From the NCBI GenBank assembly GCA_021513715.1, contig CP084167.1:3200001-3264000 (forward strand): a stretch of DNA of 64,000 nucleotides. Direction: 5' to 3'. The notes beneath the pieces were generated by a model. The model was not told the origin of the DNA. It searched no databases and saw only the letters and a list, made by a program, of their open reading frames with translations. This document shows positions 60,909 to 64,000 of this stretch, piece by piece. Position numbers and translations under genes: made by a program. Within the stretch, counting starts at the first letter, position 1. Every line of letters starts with the position of its first letter. The DNA comes from Candidatus Heimdallarchaeum endolithica. GTDB lineage: Archaea > Asgardarchaeota > Heimdallarchaeia > Heimdallarchaeales > Heimdallarchaeaceae.

Positions 60909-61745
60909 ATGGACATTGCAATTGTTACTGATACAAGTAGAGCATTACCTCCTAATCTTTACAAATTATATAACATCTACCCTCTAGGTTACTATTTAGA
61001 GGATTACAAAGGTAAAATTTTTGAAGAAAGAGTTAGTGCCCAAGAAGTTCAAACAGAAAAACTTCTTACAATTGCTGAAAAAGATAAAAATGCTCAGTTT
61101 TATTCTCCAACTGTAAAAGACTTTGTTGAATTATATACTTTCTTAGAAGAAGAATTTGATCATATAATTAGTTTTCACTCCTCATTGTTTACTCCAATAG
61201 TTTTTGAAAATGCAATATTAGCAAAAAAAGTGGTCTCTGATATAACTGTTGATATCTTGGATACTTATTCTTTTGAATCATCTTCTGGATTAATTCTAAA
61301 TCAGTTAGCTAAAAAAATCCAAGATGCAGAGTCAATTAATGAAATAAGAAAAGAAAGTTTTTCTCTTCATGCTAGAACACATAGTCAATTATTAACAAAA
61401 AATGATCAATTAAATAAAATAGGATTAAGGAGAGTCACATTTCTTTCAAATATAAAATCAGCTTTTGTTCCTTGGAATCTTTATCTGTTTAAGCAAAGTA
61501 ACTGGGATTTAGCTAAAAACTCTCGTTCAATGAAGTCTCTTCAATCTGAAATGGAAACAAGACTAATCTCTCTGGAAAAATCAAAAGATCTGAAATTCTG
61601 CTATTATTCATCCTCAAAGAAGTTAAACAAAGAAGTAGAGGGACTTTTAGAAAAGTTAGATAATCTATATGTTGAAAAAACACCTCAATCTTTAGTTTCT
61701 TATTTTCTAACTTCAGAATACTCAATGAATATTTCAGTTCTTTAA
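60909..61745 (+). CDS. Divergent DegV-family protein
   Basis: IAIVTDTS..LP, SP...DF..LY, ILDT.S...SSGLI. Confidence 0.7.
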   Translation: MDIAIVTDTSRALPPNLYKLYNIYPLGYYLEDYKGKIFEERVSAQEVQTEKLLTIAEKDKNAQFYSPTVKDFVELYTFLEEEFDHIISFHSSLFTPIVFENAILAKKVVSDITVDILDTYSFESSSGLILNQLAKKIQDAESINEIRKESFSLHARTHSQLLTKNDQLNKIGLRRVTFLSNIKSAFVPWNLYLFKQSNWDLAKNSRSMKSLQSEMETRLISLEKSKDLKFCYYSSSKKLNKEVEGLLEKLDNLYVEKTPQSLVSYFLTSEYSMNISVL

Positions 61746-62539
61746 CTATTTTCTTTAATTATCCTTATTCCATAAAAATTTGCAACATTTTCTGTTGTAA
61801 TATCTGCTAGTTTTTTTGTATCTATTCCCTTTAACATTGCTGCTTTTTTTGCTGATATAGAAATGGCAGCAGGTTCATTTTTTTCTCCTTTTTTTAAACT
61901 ATGATATGGACTATCAGTTTCAAACATTAGTTGTCTTTCAGGGATTAGTGATAGAATCTTTTGGAAGTTTTTTCTATAAACCAAACTTGTAGGGACTGTG
62001 ATGAACCAACCATTATCAACTACTTGTTTAATTTCGTTTTCTGTTCCTGTAAAACAGTGCATTAAGACGTTTTTTAGATTGTATGACTCGATAATGTCAA
62101 TTGCATCAGTTTCAGCAGCTCGAGAATGAATTACTATTGGTTTATTTTTTTCTTCAGCAAGTTCAATAAGACGCTTAAAGAATAATTTTTGTTCTTTTCT
62201 TTTTTCTTCTTCTTTCACCCAATAGTAGTCCAACCCTATTTCGCCAATAGCAACTACAAATTCTAAATTATTTAATAAAAATTCTTCAATTTTTTTGAAT
62301 TTTTCTTCTTCTACTTCTGTTGGTTGCATTCCTATAGATAAGTAAACAACTTGATTCTTTGTTAAAGATAATCCAAATTCAAAGTGATTTGGATTTAAGA
62401 TGCTATTTACAATTATTAATACGTTTTTTGATTTAGCTCGCTGAATAACTCCGTTTATATCTTTTTTAGAGAAAAAGGGAGGGTAAAGATGACAATGTGC
62501 ATCTGCAAAGATTAATTCTTGGTCTGACATATGTTTCAC
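61742..62539 (-). CDS. tatD: TatD-family nuclease
   Basis: DAHCHL, AIGEIGLDY, IHSR, MHCF, FETDSPY. Confidence 0.95.
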   Translation of the reverse strand: MKHMSDQELIFADAHCHLYPPFFSKKDINGVIQRAKSKNVLIIVNSILNPNHFEFGLSLTKNQVVYLSIGMQPTEVEEEKFKKIEEFLLNNLEFVVAIGEIGLDYYWVKEEEKRKEQKLFFKRLIELAEEKNKPIVIHSRAAETDAIDIIESYNLKNVLMHCFTGTENEIKQVVDNGWFITVPTSLVYRKNFQKILSLIPERQLMFETDSPYHSLKKGEKNEPAAISISAKKAAMLKGIDTKKLADITTENVANFYGIRIIKENS

Positions 62540-63516
62540 TAGTTACAAATTATATCCTTTAGTTTCTTTAGCATTTTGATTCCTCGAATTTCTTGATTAA
62601 AAGCTTCAACAGTAGTTATATCGTGATTAGGAAAAGCTTGTCTGATATATTCTAAGTTAGCTAAATGCTCTTTTCTCCTATTCATACAGTAAGGACAACT
62701 TTTATTTTCTGGGTTTATTTGATTAACAACTATTTCTCTGTTTGGAATATAATGCTCTTTTAATTCTTCAAATAGACGCTCTGACTCAAAAATAGACATA
62801 AGAGTAGGGATTCCTACGATTATAAATTGCGTTTTCTCCTCATCCATTAATGTCTCTCTTGCTACAAGTATTTTCTCTTTTAATTTTTCTAAGTTCTCTA
62901 TTGTTCTGTCTTTTTCTACATTTCCACCAAAAAAAGACTTGATCATTGCCATTGTGTTTGAAATGAATGTCTTCATTTTCAGCATTCTACCAATGAATGA
63001 GTCTAAAAATTCTGGAATGTTAAGTAGTCTCAGTGTGTGCCCAGTGGGTGCAGTATCAAGTACAATTGTATCAAATTCTTCATTATCTGCATATTCAAGG
63101 ATTTTAGCAAAAGAAAGAGCTTCATCCATTCCAGGAGGAGGAATCGATTTTATATCTTGATCTATCCCTCTCATCGCTTCCATTCCAGGAATAGACATTA
63201 GACTTGAAAATTGTTCAGCATCAAAGGAATCTCCTAGAGCTTTTGTTAATTCATCTCCTGTAGATTCAGGGTTGATTTCTAAAGCATATAGCTCTCCTTT
63301 TACACCTTTTACTTTTGTTACAGTTCCAGAAGAAAAATCTAAGTCGAAAGAGTCTGAAATACTATGTGCAGGATCAGTTGAAACTAGTAAAGTTTTCTTT
63401 CCCTCTTCAGCTAGAGCTATTGAAATTGCAGAAGCTATTGATGTTTTTCCTACTCCTCCTTTTCCTCCAACTAAGATGAACTTAAGGTCTTTTTCTAATA
63501 AATCCTTGATTGTCAT
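62539..63516 (-). CDS. ArsA/Get3 (TRC40)-family ATPase
   Basis: GGKGGVGKT, STDPAHS, DTAPTGHT and C-terminal CPYC; single domain. Confidence 0.93.
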   Translation of the reverse strand: MTIKDLLEKDLKFILVGGKGGVGKTSIASAISIALAEEGKKTLLVSTDPAHSISDSFDLDFSSGTVTKVKGVKGELYALEINPESTGDELTKALGDSFDAEQFSSLMSIPGMEAMRGIDQDIKSIPPPGMDEALSFAKILEYADNEEFDTIVLDTAPTGHTLRLLNIPEFLDSFIGRMLKMKTFISNTMAMIKSFFGGNVEKDRTIENLEKLKEKILVARETLMDEEKTQFIIVGIPTLMSIFESERLFEELKEHYIPNREIVVNQINPENKSCPYCMNRRKEHLANLEYIRQAFPNHDITTVEAFNQEIRGIKMLKKLKDIICN

Positions 63517-63627
63517 TGTTATAGTTAAAAAATTGACTCTTATTTAAAGATAAATATTAGTGATTGATAGAACTTTTAATCAAAATGAAAAAATCATAAA
63601 AATGAGAATAGACTAAAAAAAACGAAG

Positions 63628-64000
63628 TTATTTTCTGCGTTTTCTTTTCTTAATTTTTCTTTTTTGTTCTTGTTTAGTCTTTTGTGGTTTTTTGACTAAT
63701 GGAGAAATCTTTTTTGAACTTCTTCTTCGTTTATGGATTTTTTGTATAGCGAATAAATCAACAATAATTATAGCTGTAAATACTCCGATTATACCTAGTA
63801 CAAAGAAGAATAAGTTTAACCATTTTTCTGAATCGATAACTTCTACGTTTTCAGGTAAAATGACATGTAATGAATATCTTTGAGAGTATGACTTATACAT
63901 AACACTATTTTCATCATAGTAGTTTATTTCTGTGGCTTCTAAAGTAAAGTTCCCTTCAACTAGTGGTTGAATATAATAAGTGTAAACAAAGCTAGCATTT
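63628..64000 (-). CDS. C-terminal part of a membrane-anchored protein (runs off right edge)
   Basis: TM plus basic tail; frame appears to continue toward the window end. Confidence 0.6.
   Translation of the reverse strand, partial: NASFVYTYYIQPLVEGNFTLEATEINYYDENSVMYKSYSQRYSLHVILPENVEVIDSEKWLNLFFFVLGIIGVFTAIIIVDLFAIQKIHKRRRSSKKISPLVKKPQKTKQEQKRKIKKRKRRK

Noticed and set aside
1-64000. tRNA or rRNA genes
   Set aside because: No GC-rich cloverleaf or rRNA-like segment seen in any intergenic region.

Overview
AT-rich archaeal chromosomal window, most consistent with an Asgard (Heimdallarchaeia-like) archaeon. The evidence is TFB, Rpo12, aIF1 and POR together with several eukaryote-signature-like genes: a Rab-like GTPase, longin-like proteins, Get3, and tentative OST5-, CCDC47-, NPRL- and IFT52-like ORFs. 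Bases 1-7.0 kb hold a type I-B CRISPR-Cas interference operon on the minus strand (cas6-cas8b-cas7-cas5-cas3, cas3 running off the left edge), with a probable internal cas11 start and a divergent Csa3-like CARF-HTH regulator. No cas1/2/4 or array is in the window. The best candidate for a new system lies directly beside it: two convergent paralogous ~97-aa ORFs, each preceded 40-41 nt upstream of its ATG by a single 30-nt CRISPR-repeat-like sequence and a conserved small hairpin, possibly Cas6/Cascade-gated mRNAs. The 8-24 kb region is a decaying accessory region with surface proteins, a broken vapBC, an IS6 relic, a TnpB-only element, a second tnpB fragment, a ~339-bp direct repeat and several pseudogenes. 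The 24-64 kb region is mostly housekeeping genes plus an intact ISH3/IS4-like element with terminal IRs and a 6-bp target duplication. All family calls come from motif recognition by eye; no database searches were run.
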